From: Camelus ferus
Taxonomy: Eukaryota
Assembly (NCBI RefSeq): GCF_009834535.1
Contig: NC_045697.1
Coordinates: 64,792,001-64,856,000 of the forward strand
Length of the DNA stretch: 64,000 nt
Reading direction: 5' to 3'
Shown here: positions 51,011-64,000 of the stretch, one piece after another
How positions within the stretch are numbered: position 1 is the first letter of the stretch
How the letters are laid out: each line of letters opens with the position of its first letter
Translations under genes and position numbers: made by a program
Notes under the pieces: model-generated
Told to the model about the DNA's origin: nothing
Databases searched by the model: none
The model's input: the letters and a program-made list of their open reading frames with translations, nothing else

Positions 51011-54000
51011 ATAAATGAAAATTTAAGTGGATTGTTTTAGTGACTGAGGAAACACGAGATAGAAGGATCGAGGACATTGAACTTCCATAGACCTTTAAAA
51101 CCCTGATCACTTAGCATATTTGCTGTTGCTTTGGAGGGAAACCAGCCCTGGCATCTGGCTTCTAGCTGAAACATAGGCTTTTATTCTAATATTAGTAGAG
51201 GACTTGTTTAATGATGCTAGTTCAGATTATTTTCTTTCCTAGCGTATGTTACAGTTGTTTCCAAGTTTACCAATAATCTATGTTTTTAAAAGAGACCAAT
51301 ATCTGGGAATATCATGATACTAAATTCCAGCTAAGGTAATGTGGGGAATAGGGATCGTTAGAAACAAGTAAGTGCAAATTGGAAATTTAGAAAGCTCACA
51401 ATAGGCATTACTGCTTTTCATCTGAGGTGAGTTTCAGAGCTTTTAGGTCAAAATTCTCAAAAGTTTTGTTTTTTATTATGATCTCTTGACATGTACAGCT
51501 AACATAATATTTTGTTGTAATGCCTAGTGTCACATCATTTTTAGATTCGTTGCAGCTTGACTGTTTACAAATTTATTTTCCATTTGGTGAAACTTTATAG
51601 AATAGATAGTTGGTTTGTTTAAAGTAAATCTTTAAATTGTAACCTGGGACACATGCTGTTGCTCACATTTTAGCATTTACCAGGCTAACTCAGTGTGGAA
51701 GCTTGAGTCAGAGAACAGCTAAAACAGGAAACCTGGATTTGATTACTGTTTCACTGCATACTTGTCTTGTAACTGGGAATTTACTGTACCATTTGCACTT
51801 CATTTCCATTATTTGTAAAGTGGTACTAATACTAGTAATAAGGAATAAAATAATGAATTATGTAAAGCAGTTAACAGTAGTTAGCTGTTCTTCCAAAACG
51901 TTTGATATTTTAATTAACTGAGTTCTCTGTGAATAGCAAGGGTCTTATAAAAGATAAACAAATTCAAGAGCATTAAGGAAAACAATTCCATAGTGCTCAT
52001 AAATAGGGAAATAAGATTAAAAGAGAATAAAAATTGCTTGAAATTTGCATGCAATGATAAACAGATAGGACTCATAAAACAAATAAAATATATAACGTCC
52101 AATGAAATTAAGAATCTGTCTGGAAGGGAGATTTGTTACTCTTAAACTATCTTTTTGGTCTCAGAGAAGTTTAATATCTTCATTTGAAACATCCTTAAAT
52201 AGCAAATCTTTAATATTTTATATTATAATTTTAGTTTTATTTGTTTAGTTTTCTTATAAATAAAATATTTATTACAAAATACTTTTCTGATTTCCAAATA
52301 TTTCTTTATCATTAGATTTAAGGTCATCATAAGCAAATTTTGCAGTCATATTTGATAACTATGCATAATTTATTTCAATTTCCCAGGCCAGCTAACTTTT
52401 TATGGCTCCAGTAATAGTATTTTATGATTATATTTTCAATTTGTAAACCAGACAGTAATGAAACTCTTCCCTCTTAATTTTCTAGGCATCACTTAATTTT
52501 AGAATGTGTCAATAACTAGTGCTCTCTAGAGAGATTTTATGTGCTTTAACAGTGGAACCTATTTTTTCTTCCACTGCCTAACCAAAATAGCATTTCTAGA
52601 ATATGAATTAGGCTATTACTACTTTTCAGATAATATATTTAAGATTTTTTTCTAGTTAGTATAAAAACAAAGATTAATGGAGTTGACTTATTATCTCTGT
52701 TTTCTTGCTTAGGGTACTTCCATTGCTTTTCCATAGGATATTGAAATAGTGCAACAGAAATGCGATAAACCTGAAACTCATAGAGATCTAGATTCTGGTT
52801 GTGTTCTGCCACCGTAACCAGAGATTTTTAGAGATTTTGAGTGAGCAATTTGGTTATCTGTGAATCTCTGTTTTCGCCTACACAGCATGAAGATAATCAC
52901 ATAGCGTTCTGATAACAACTATCACACAAAGATGTTATAAAATGAAATTATATGTGAAACTACCCAGAAGAGTGTCTGATAAGTAATAGTTTTTATAATA
53001 ATAATTACATGTGCTTCAATTTGGCAGTTCATACTCATTAAAATACATGCATGTGTGTGTATATGAAAAATCAGACCTTTTTGAATTTTATGTTTCCTAA
53101 CACAAACACTTCTGCTGACACAACATACAAAACACATTTAGACACATTTGTTCTAATATCTGCCAGTGGCATATGAAATACAAAATATGCATGTATTTAA
53201 CTGCATTAATTGTATCTAAACCTTAAGTAATACTAGCTTTTTATAGAATATTTTCCTTTTAATCAGGTTTTACTCTAAGTGTACTATCAGAACACTATGT
53301 CTCATACCCTGTATAGAGAATAAAGGAGGTACCTCACCAAAAAAAGTAGTGTTGCATATAGTATGAAACCTTACAAGATTCAAAGTTTCTTGTAAAATAC
53401 CCTAAAAGTTCCAGTTTAAAAAACCTTTTAATGTTTTCTTCAAACACAAGGCTAGCAAGATTTTTCAAATTGAGCCATTTTTTCAGATGTATTTAACATT
53501 CTGCTGAAGGAATGGTCTACTGAATGAATTGTGTGATATGGTGCTGTTCAGTTGCATGAAAAAGTAATGTTAACCCATAGATCAAACTGATAAGTGACAC
53601 TAAAGATCCATTTTGGAAAAAATGATGTAGAGGCCGAAGCCCCAAATATGCCTAAAGTGAAGAGATCTCTGCTTGGATTACAGAATGTAATAAAATATTG
53701 TCTGATATTTAGGTAATTAAAATTTTCAGGGAAGGATCTCATAATGACAGCTAAAAATAAAACATGGGAAGTCAAAGAGTGAAGCACAACAAGAATCATA
53801 TGGAGAATAAAAAAGTTAGGATTTAACTGATAAATCCCTTACTAATCTCCTTTTATCTAAAGGAGGGAACTAGACAATGTGGCCTCTATCAGATTCTTTC
53901 AAGTACTTACACTTAACAATTCTGATATGAGATGAGAATGAAAGGTATTTCCCCCCCAGTATTTACATATTACATGGTACTTCTTCTATTTTTAAGTCAC

Positions 54001-54057
54001 TGTAACAAATGCTATTAAATTAGATCTATTTTTAAAATAGAGTGTATGTACATAGAG

Positions 54058-54183
54058 AGGAAGGAAGGAAGGAAGAAAGGAAGGAAAGAAGGAGAAATGG
54101 AAGGAAGGGAGGAGGGAACAAAAGGAGGAAAAGAAGGAAGGAAGGAAGGAAGGAAGGAAGGAAGGAAGGAAGGAAGGAAGGAA
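54058..54183. repeat. (GGAA)n purine-rich microsatellite
   Basis: Degenerate 5' half and about 12 perfect GGAA units at 54135-54183. Confidence 0.95.
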
Positions 54184-55094
54184 CGAAAAAACTCATCCAA
54201 AATTTTGTAACTAGAGAATTTTCCCGAGTACTGATTTTATGTTCCTTCTTCTATTCTACATTTATTCCCATCAGTTTCTTTGGTGAATTAGGGACTTGAG
54301 GATGTGCCTGGTATGTTGGAGAGGAACAAACTAACACTCTTAATTTCAATATTTCATTTTTTCTTTATAAGTGCCATATGTATAACATATATTTAGACCA
54401 TGTAAGATGAAATTTTTCTTATAATAAAAGGAATATGAAATTATTTTATCATCAAATTGAAAAACATCTTTGATTGTGTAACTAATATATGGCTTGATTT
54501 CAAGATATTTCAAATTGTATGATAATTGAACAAAGTTGAGGTCTTCATTTGATGAAATATTTGATCTAATGAGAAACAGTCAGTGTATTTTTCTCAAAAT
54601 TCATATAATATGATTATTAATGAGTTGCTGTATATACTTGCTTAAGAAAAATCAGGTACTGTGGTGTTTATAGTAGTTACAGTGTTGGGCATAATTTGAT
54701 ACCTGTGATGTGCCCACACACCTACCCATCCACATAAATTTATTTAACTCACTAGCTTACAAATACATTAAGAAATATACTTTACATTGTAAGCAGTTAT
54801 TGTGAGAGCCAGAAATCTAGACCTAGATCTTGGTTGATATTTTTCCACTATAAAATAATAATAGAATATAGTATGTTGCTTCTGTATGAAGGTAGTATTG
54901 GCATTTAGAGTAAATTGCAGAGATGCTTGATATTAAACAATGTTAACTTCACTGGAAAGAGATTTAACTTTTTAAGTTTTATAACCATGATTTAAATGTA
55001 TATGTGTATACACATGTAAACAAATAAACAGTATAGTTTACCAAAGTATGGTTCTAATGGAAATAAAGAATATACATAAACATGTGTATATTAA

Positions 55095-55110
55095 TTATAT
55101 CTATATCTAT

Positions 55111-55141
<31 letters not shown>

Positions 55142-55143
55142 TA
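55095..55143. repeat. (TA)n(CA)n microsatellite
   Basis: Directly visible. Confidence 0.85.
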
Positions 55144-56369
55144 CCATTTACATTAATTTTCCTAATTGATATGAATTTCCTTCTCCAAAGTAATAAATAA
55201 ATTGAATCTCACAAAAATAATCAATATGAAATATTTGGAACAAAACCTTAAAGCTCTGCAAGAAATTGCTTCTGGATTATGAAGCAAATAGAAGTTGTGA
55301 AGCAGAAGCTTTCATTTTTATTCTGCTCTTATATTTGCCAGCTTTTGGTGTTATAGATATTAACTTTTATAGATGTCATATATTTTTATGGTAATCATTC
55401 AGCTTTCTGTTTGGTGAGGAACTAGACTCCTGTTTCTTGAACAAATGCATGACCAAATTACCACATGTCTTCAGTATCTTTAAAGGCATTTTTTCCTGTT
55501 TAACAATTTATGATTGATTTTTTAGATCAAAAAGACTTCAGATGCTTATTTCTGCTAGAAAAAAATAACATGTTCACATTTTTTGCAAGGTTATCCATAA
55601 GGTAATATAATACCATTTCTCTACTTCAAAAAACCCCATTCAGATTTATCAGAACACAAATGATTAGTTCTGTGTCCATATAAGTCATCAAACAGAATAG
55701 GATGTTTATGATTCATGTGCAATAGATATTTTGCATGATTATTTTTATCTCTTTTGCTTTCCTCATTATAGAATAACTTTCATCCAGATGTTTCAGTGAA
55801 TTTCTTTACTTTTTATAAAGGAATTTTAAAATTATATGTTTATGTAAACATTTGAGTATATGTCTCTGAAGGATTTAATTTTCTGTTAAAAATGTAATTA
55901 CAATAATTATAATAGCATCACAATAAAGAATATTTTCCTAATATAATCAAACATTTAGTCAGTATTTAAACTTCTAATTTTGCCATAAGTGCATTATTGT
56001 TTTTATAAATAACTTAAATATAAATTTTAAGCATTTGTTTGAATAAAATTCACATAGTATCTCTATAATGTAATCAGTTGATATATATCATATACCTGTT
56101 TTAATTTTTAAATTAAAATCTCTCCTTTTTCTGTTGGATATATTTACTGGTGGAACTGAATAGTTTTTCCTGCAGAGTTTCATACAGTATCATTCTGATT
56201 GTATAACTGTGGTGATGTTTATCATGTTCCCCTGTTTTCTGTATTACCTGTATATTGGTGGTTGTCCATCAAATGAAAAGTGGTCAGATTTAGGTTGTTT
56301 CCTTGTTATTTGAAAAGATTATTTCATAAAAATAGTTGGTTCCCTTGTCTCTTTTGATTTTTCTTAATA

Positions 56370-57480
56370 GTAGTTTATTGATGTATACTTAACAGATTTT
56401 ATACAAATATTGTTTATAGCTTGATGAATTATGATAAATCTATATACCCAAGTAATATGAAGATCAGAATATACATGTGTAGTACTCCAGAAAGTCTCCT
56501 TGTGCCCCTTTCTGCTAAAGCTCCTCACTCCCACATTCTCTCACACACAGGCAAATACTAATCTTATTTTTTTATCGTCACAGATTATTTTGGTGTGTTC
56601 TTGTACTTAGCATGTATTATTTTGCATCTGGTTTCTTTCATTCATCATGTTTTTGAGATGTGTCCGTGTTTTTAAGTATATCAATAGCATGTTTCTTTTT
56701 ATGGCTGAGTGGTATTTCATTATAGGAATAGATCACAGGATGTTTTTCCTATCCTCTGTTGATGGACATTTATGTTATTTCTAGTTTGGGGCTATTATGA
56801 ATAAAGCTCCATGAACATCTTTGGAAAAGTCCTTGTGGAAAAAGTGCATTCATTTCTCTTGAAGTTGAGTACCCTAGGAGTAGAATTGCTGGATCAGAGG
56901 GTAGAAACTGCAAAAGAGTTTTCTGTAGTGGCTGTGCTCTTAACTCCCACCAGCTTTGTATGAGAGGTTAAGGTGTACCACATCCCTAACATAACTTGTT
57001 ATTGTCAGTCTTTTTAACAGTAGCATTTCAATGAGTGTGGTATCTCATTGAAGTTTTAATCTGCAATTCACCCATAGCTAATAATATTGGACCTTTTAAA
57101 TATGATACCTGGACAATCAGATATTTGCTGTTATAAAGTGCCTTTCAAACCTTTAGCCAAAAATATTTTAAAAATTAGATTATTTTCATTTTCTTTATAG
57201 ATTTATAGGTGTTTTCAAAAATATATTCTGGAAGTGTTTCCTTTTTCTGTTGTTGTATTGTTGAATATTTCACATTTTTAATAAGTCTTTAGTGGGAAGT
57301 AGTTTTAAATTTTGATAAATTGAAGTTAATCTTTTTTCTTCTAAAATTATTACCATTTGTGTCCTGTCTAATTAATATTTGCCTCTTCTGCCATCATGAA
57401 TATATTTATGTTTTCTTCTGGAAATATAATAACTTCAGTTTTTATAACCTTAGCTTTTAGATTTACATATATAACCCATT
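56370..57480 (-). mobile_element. Old L1M 3' end, antisense (a further degraded L1ME-like stretch probably lies at ~55810-56330)
   Basis: tttatggctgagtggtatttcatt, gatggacattt, ggggctattatgaataaagct, cctaggagtagaattgctggatca, gtggtatctcattgaagttttaat. Confidence 0.85.
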
Positions 57481-58140
57481 TTATTAGTCATTGTGTTCTC
57501 CCGAGAAACAGAAGCAGAAATACGTATGTATATAGGTAGTCATAGATATAGATATATATTGATATATATCAGTAGGATATATGTGAATCATATATATCTA
57601 TGAATAGGATATATATAAATCCTATATATCATGTCTATAGCATGATACATAAATTGATATGTACCTGTGGTATATTATAGATGTATATCATAGATATATA
57701 TATCTCTCTTTTATGTATCTATATGTGAAAAGATTTATGATTTATTGTAAGGAATTGGCTCACATGATTATGGAGACAGAGAAGTTCCAGGATCCGTTGG
57801 AGACCTAGGACAACTGGTATTGTAGTTCCTGTCCAAGTTTGAAGGCATGAGAATCAGGAGAACTGATTGTGTAAGTTCATGCCAAGTCCATAGACCTTAT
57901 GACTGGAGAATCTATGGTGAAGAAGTCTCTATCTGAGGGCAGAAGAAAGATATTCCAGTTTAAACATTCAGAGAATGTAAATTCTCCATTCCTCTACCTT
58001 TTTGTTCTATTTAGACCTTCAAGGGATTGAATGATGCCTGCCCGTTTTGGGGAAGGCAGTCTGCTTTACTTAGTTTACCAATTCAAATTCTATCTCACCC
58101 AGAAATTCCTTCACAGAAGTACCTAGAAATAATGTTTAAC
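57481..58140 (-). mobile_element. MLT2-type ERVL LTR with internal TA-rich expansion (~57522-57725)
   Basis: tattagtc...gttctcccgagaaacagaa, gatttattgtaaggaattggctcacatgattatggag, gattgaatgatgcctgccc, ctagaaataatgtttaac. Confidence 0.88.
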
Positions 58141-58512
58141 AGGAGAATCTGAGTGAAATAGTCTTAATGCTTTACCTTGGAGAGATACATGACAAAGAAC
58201 AGTTTATTTTGAAATTTTTTGCTCTGATTTTTTTTTGCAGCCCCAGTTTTTATTATCTGCCTCATTTTCATGTCTGTGATTTTGCAAAGCTGTCTATTGG
58301 TTTCATTAACCAAATACCTAGTTAGATAAACAAAGCCCAACGGGGATGGAAAGAATTTATTTAATGTTCAGCAGTAGTTGTTTTACTACTCAGTAAGTCT
58401 CTAGTACTTTATCAAAATAAAAAAAAAAGAAGTGTTATTTGGTATATGTGAAGAATATATTTACAAAAGTATTATTTCTGTTCCCCCCCCGATTCCATGG
58501 TACAGTCTGGTG

Positions 58513-58543
<31 letters not shown>

Positions 58544-58719
58544 GTTTTGCCTTTACAAACTGTTTGCTGATTTGGCAAAGAAAATTGCCTCAACATGAAT
58601 GAATAAGTATTAGTTCGTTACCTGTGCTTAATTAATACAAATAAAACTGATGAACCCAATGTCAAATGTGCTGTTGAAAGCTTTCTATTTTATAAGCACC
58701 CCTCAGCATTTATGATTTA

Positions 58720-59100
58720 TTAAATATTTTATTCAGCAAACATTGAGTACTGTGTATTGGTCTGAGACTTTGCTAAGTGCTGTAGATCCAAAAATGTCTT
58801 AGAGAGTGCACTATCAAGAAAACAGATGGCTAAATAAATAGTTCAATTATAGGTATATTAAGGAAGGTTATGGGAAATTGAAGTCCAGGCAGATTGTTTT
58901 GGCTGGAGCAGGAAGACCCATGGAGAATAATTAATAATGAATTCGAAGAGATCAAGGGAATGGCAGAAGTTAGAAAAGTTTTTAGATTTAATGCCATGAT
59001 TTAACATTACACTTACTGGATATGGATTGAAGGAGCAGAAAGAGAGGTCTCTTTATGACGTTTCATGTCTGTAGTTTGAGCTTGGCTGTTTGGTATGGTA
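58720..59100 (-). mobile_element. L2 fragment
   Basis: tattcagcaaacattgagtactgtgt ... ctttgctaagtgctgtagat ... tttaacattacacttactggatatgg. Confidence 0.5.
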
Positions 59101-59864
59101 GACCTATCCTGTACTTTAATTATAGTTCTATAATAATTGCTAAGTGACTTCAGATAATAGAGTTCTGAGTCCTCGCAAGAATCAAGTTTTGGTCATGAGA
59201 AAGGAATGATACTGCAATTATCTGTGATGATTCCGTGGATCTGTAAGGTAGTGTATTTTTTGTTTATTTTAGTTTTTTAAATAAGTGGTACATAAAATAT
59301 TGAATATTTTCTTCTACGAGTTCCCACTATTATCTTCCACATGGAAGTTGCTCTATGTGACAGAGTCCTCAGTGGCTGCAAATTACATTAGGCAGTAATA
59401 ACAAATACACATAAATGAAATTGTGGGTGCATTAAAACTATTTTGATAGTTTTAATGGGGTCAGTGTTGATTTCAAAAGAGCAATGTGATATAAGATATC
59501 TGTGTGTGGAAGATAAAATGCTGATTTCCTTTAGGGCCTTGGGGAAATTTTGGCAGCTTCCACTTTAAAGAGAGAGTCAATAAGGGGATGATAATTTGAT
59601 ATTATCTAGTATCCTTGCTTCCTCATAATTCCAGTTTCAGTCAAGGTTAAAACGAGCAATTATTTCAGTTATGAAGGAGATAAGATTGTTGGTGTAACTG
59701 CTGGTTTTAATGGAACAGAAATTCCAGGGGTCCCAGAGAAAGAGGTAGCAGGAAAAGTACCAGTGACAGTAGAATTGCTGGGAGAATGAAGTGCTGATGT
59801 AGGAGTCTAGGAAAGGACATGTTATGGAGGTGAGTGTGGACTCAACATAAGGAGGTGGACATTT

Positions 59865-60075
59865 GTGGCAGGAAGCAGAGACCTGGAGATTTGACCCCAA
59901 TGTATGAATTGCCCAGCTACTTCTGCACTTAAGACTATAAGGTAAATGATCCAGAAATACAAACCTCCCTTTTAAGACAATTATATATGCTGTCAAAATG
60001 TAAACACAATAACTACCTAACTACAAGCTCTCAATACTCAATGATTAAGTAAATATAATCATTTACTTAAGCACT
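59865..60075 (+). mobile_element. MIR fragment preceded by L2-like remnant (~59560-59860)
   Basis: agcagagacctggagatttgaccc ... cccagctacttc ... aatgattaagtaaatataatcatttacttaagcactt. Confidence 0.5.
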
Positions 60076-60773
60076 TTTTTCTTGAACTGAAAAAGTTTTA
60101 GATGCACATACACATAAAGTCACATATTTTTATCCTGAATTACTACAAATGAATATATCACAAATAATGCTAGACTTCTCAATCACTGGTTTCCACTTGT
60201 ATTCTTTGGCTGGTTGTACCCCGTATACTTGGGCATATTCACTTTAAGTCCCATGAAAAATAGTATATTTTATTGTTATATTAAAGTATATTCTACTTTT
60301 TTATCAAATATATTAGGTTAATCTGAAATTTGAATTTAAACTTCCACTTATTTTAATGAGGATCTATTATATATGCTGTAATTTCTGGATACCCAATAAC
60401 TCTAAAACAATATTGAGCCAGTAGATTCAGTGGGAATGACATTGTCACTTTTTTGGACAGGTCTCTATGGGTTTATGTCCAAAAATATAGATTGACTTTA
60501 TGGTATATTTGTGATATCTATGTGATAATATTCTTATTCCTTTATTGGGTACTAGGATGGTTAATAGCTCTTCTTTAGATTAGGTATGTCATAAAGAGAG
60601 ATACTTGAGAATTCTTTTTAAGGAAATAACAACAATATATTCCAGATATTGAATCCGAATACCTGATATTCTTAGGGATGGAATGACTACGAAAGATGAT
60701 ATAGTTTGATTAGAAAGATGATAGTGTTAGTGCCAAACAGTTGTTTCTCAAAGGTGACAGATAAAATGCTGTT

Positions 60774-61130
60774 TGTCTTGGTCATCTTGGGCTGCTATAA
60801 CAAAATACTATAGACCAGGTGATTTAAAATGCAGACATTTATTTCTTGTGGTTCAGGAAGCTGGGGAATCTGAGATCAAGAAGCTGGCAGACTTGGTTCT
60901 TGGGGAGAGCCATCTTCCCTGCTTTCAATCAGCTGCCTTCTCGTTTCATTCTCTCATGGCAGAAAGAGAAGCTTTTATAAGGGCACTAATCCCATCATGG
61001 GGGCCCTACCTTCATGATCTCATCCAAATCTGATTATCTCCCAAAGGCCTCACTTCCTAATACCATCACATTAGGGTTTGGGGCTTTAATATATGCGTTT
61101 TGTGGGGAAACAAACATTCAGTCCACAAGA
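60774..61130 (-). mobile_element. MaLR LTR (MLT1A0-like), full length
   Basis: tgtcttggtc..gggctgctataacaaaatac ... ttttataagggcactaatcccatcatg ... ctcccaaaggcctcacttcctaataccatcacattaggg ... caaacattcagtcca. Confidence 0.9.
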
Positions 61131-64000
61131 TTGTCCATACACTGAAGATTCTTAAACACATGAATGGCATTATTATATTTGAATCTGGTAGTAAGTAGGT
61201 AGAGGATCAGTTTGAGTCAGTTTACAGCTAGGAGTGTATTATTAGAGTTCAGATGTGAAATGGCAAATTTTCTGCATCTTGCTACTGAGTACCTGGAGAA
61301 ATTACATGGAGGAAGACTTACCACAGTTTAGTGTGATTCATGGAACACATCACATTCTACTCAGGTATGGCATTATAACAACATCTTGTTTCTGAGACAC
61401 TTTAGTAAGTGATTAACTGCTAAATGAAAGTATGAACACAGATACACTTAAAATTTATAAAAGTGTCTTTTGCTGACCCAAAGGGACATTCTGGAGTTTT
61501 CAGCTTGAATTTTAAGCGCATTCCACATTTTATCTGTTTTTGTTGCAGGACAGCAAATCATTTTGGAGTGAAAAAGGGAGATTCTTTTTACTGTCTATTG
61601 GTGTGCATATATCTGTATGTGTTTTAGAGAAAATTCTGATATGCTAAAAGTAATCAACAATACAGACAAAAGATATGCAATAAAAACAATAAACTTATGA
61701 AGTGTCATATTATTTTACTTTCATAACACATAATTTTGTTCCATATATAACTTTAGTATTCAATTCATACACTATGTACTTTATAGCATATCTGTTTTTA
61801 TTTCTACATCCACATGAAATTGTAATGTGTTAGGGCAGAGTCACATGCCTCCAAAAGTGAGAAAGACAGTAGTATAGAAACAACTGGACTGTACAAAATA
61901 AAACTATAGTACTCCTTTGATAATTCTTCCTGTTGGAATTTGCTAGAAGGAAAGGCATACATACATATACAAACACATATACAGACATCTAAAATCAAAC
62001 GTTCTAATGAAAGGAATGATCGAAATGAGAAATGCTTCTTTTTGCTTTGAGACTAAAAGAGCACTTATTTTTGCTTCAGTTCTTTTTGCTTCCTTCTCAG
62101 TGGCCCAGGGACCTGGGTGGGCTTATATAATGTACAGATAAAAAGGAAATGCCTGTCTACTCTCTGACACCCAGCCTCTTTCACCAAAGAAAGTTGTGAA
62201 CATTAATTAATGTGATTTACTCAGCTCCTCCAAACACAAATGCTGTCTGGGCCAGACCTAATGGGACTTCAGCTTTGCCTTTACCAGCATGGCTAATCGA
62301 AATCCCTGTGCAATCCTTTTTCTGGCTTCACTGTGTGCTCAGCAGACACACTTATTTCCTTTGAACATTTCTTTCTGACGAATATGGTGCCAAAGTTATA
62401 CATATGGGGATCCACATTTTAATGAAATGAAGTATTTTAATAGAAGAATTAAAAGCATTCATCACTAACTACTGAAATGACCGTCTAGCTACCAGCATAA
62501 CAAAAATAAGGACTGTCCTGCTTAAATTGCTACTTAAATCGTGAGCACTCTACTCTGAATGAGTATCATTTGTTTAATCAATTATATTCTCATGGACTCA
62601 GACCATATGACTTACAGATATATTTAATACAATTTTAACCATAAATGGCATTTTTAACTTTAGATTTAATATTTTATAATAATTATAATAAAGACTAAAA
62701 CTTCTTTTTAATGTAAACATGTAGGAAGAAATGAATTATTAGCCTAATAACTAAATGATGTCATAAACAGTCACAGTATATTAGCATACTCCACAGCTGT
62801 TTGGAGATAAAATTTACAGAATCAGAGTCTTAGTTTTCTTTCTCCTACCACTGTATTTTACATGTCTGAACAAAGATTCACATCTACAAGTTATTCCAAT
62901 TTGCCGGAGCATGCACAGATCTTCAGATACAAATTTCAACTAATTATATTCAGAACAAAATGAAAATGCTCTGAATGACAATGAGGGAGACTCCTTTATC
63001 AAAGCCTGTGTCAAGAGAAGACTATCAGCTTTTTCTCAAAAAAAAAAATTAATTAATCTCACATAACTAAACTGAGGAAAAATAGAACTCTCTTCCTGTT
63101 TCTTTCTTTTTCTGTCGGCTATAGATAAAATTAACTTTGGAATTAAAAGGAGGCATGCTTTATTTTAAACATTTTACCCATCCTAATTGTAATTTAGTCA
63201 AATAAATACACAGTGGTATAATTTAAGCTGGTACCATATAAAGTACAAACATACTTTTAAAGCATTAAGAGGATCTTGCATATCTATTCAACAATTTTAT
63301 GGTATGAGTATATACGTATTTTAGTGGAGCAGAAAAATAATGAAAAAATGTGAATCAGGAAAAAACAGCATCATCAAATTCAGCTTGTATTTGAGAAGTA
63401 ACAGACAAAAAAATGTAAGTGAAGAGATTAAAGGGAAAAAAATTAAGTGACAGTCCAGACCCTAGGAAGGCACACAAGCAAATAAATACAACAAGAATCC
63501 AAGAATATGATTCACATTGGTTAGTGTGATACCGATAGATGATTCAGATGAGGAATGCTTTGTAGCCATTCCTTACCACCAGCTTTTCAAATGTCCCTGA
63601 ATAACCACTTTTTCTTTTCTAAAATTTGGGTCTTAATTAAAAGCAAACCTTTCTTGTACTGTTTGAAAGAAATAGTACAACAATTTATTATTAGGATACT
63701 GCAGCCCATTTCCTGACATCTTTTATTTGATAATTGGAAATTCAGTACTATAAGCTGCCGACAAATTGATGGTGTATAGAAAAAAAGTAATGTGTTATGT
63801 ACATTTCAATTTTTGTGTGCTCCATATTATTTTGCTTCAAAATATACATTTTCATAAATTATCTTTTTAGAACTTGCATATAACAACTTTTATCTTATCC
63901 CTGTATTGTTTATGTCATCTTCTAAAAATAATGACTCTAATTGACAAAATAAAGAGTTCTTTAAAACACAAGTCCTCAGATTAATACTCCTCCCAGAAGT

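Noticed and set aside
54015..54299. Arg/Lys/Glu-rich and Pro/Ser/Phe-rich ORFs
   Set aside because: These are translations of the (GGAA)n tract.

Overview
This is AT-rich mammalian genomic DNA, not a prokaryotic locus. The only coding feature I can support is one 156-bp internal exon (13791-13946, + strand). It encodes [52 protein letters not shown], which I recognise as exon 2 of GRID2 (glutamate receptor delta-2, amino-terminal domain). The rest is the 3' end of GRID2 intron 1 and the first ~50 kb of intron 2. These introns are filled with L1, L2, MIR, MaLR/ERVL and ERV1-type LTR remnants, two DNA-transposon fossils (a MULE/Ricksha-like element and MER63) and microsatellites. Two tRNA-derived SINEs resemble camelid Vic-1, which suggests camel, alpaca or llama. 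I found no evidence for a new multi-gene system. The most notable observations are small-scale: an L1 with a 31-bp flanking direct repeat and a nested SINE, a solo poly(A) insertion with a target-site duplication (TSD), a CpG-rich young LTR, a MULE fossil with readable transposase motifs, a ~170-bp local tandem duplication, and inverted repeats bracketing the frame-symmetric exon. Repeat family names come from recalled consensus motifs, not from a database search. Boundaries are approximate unless a TSD is quoted.
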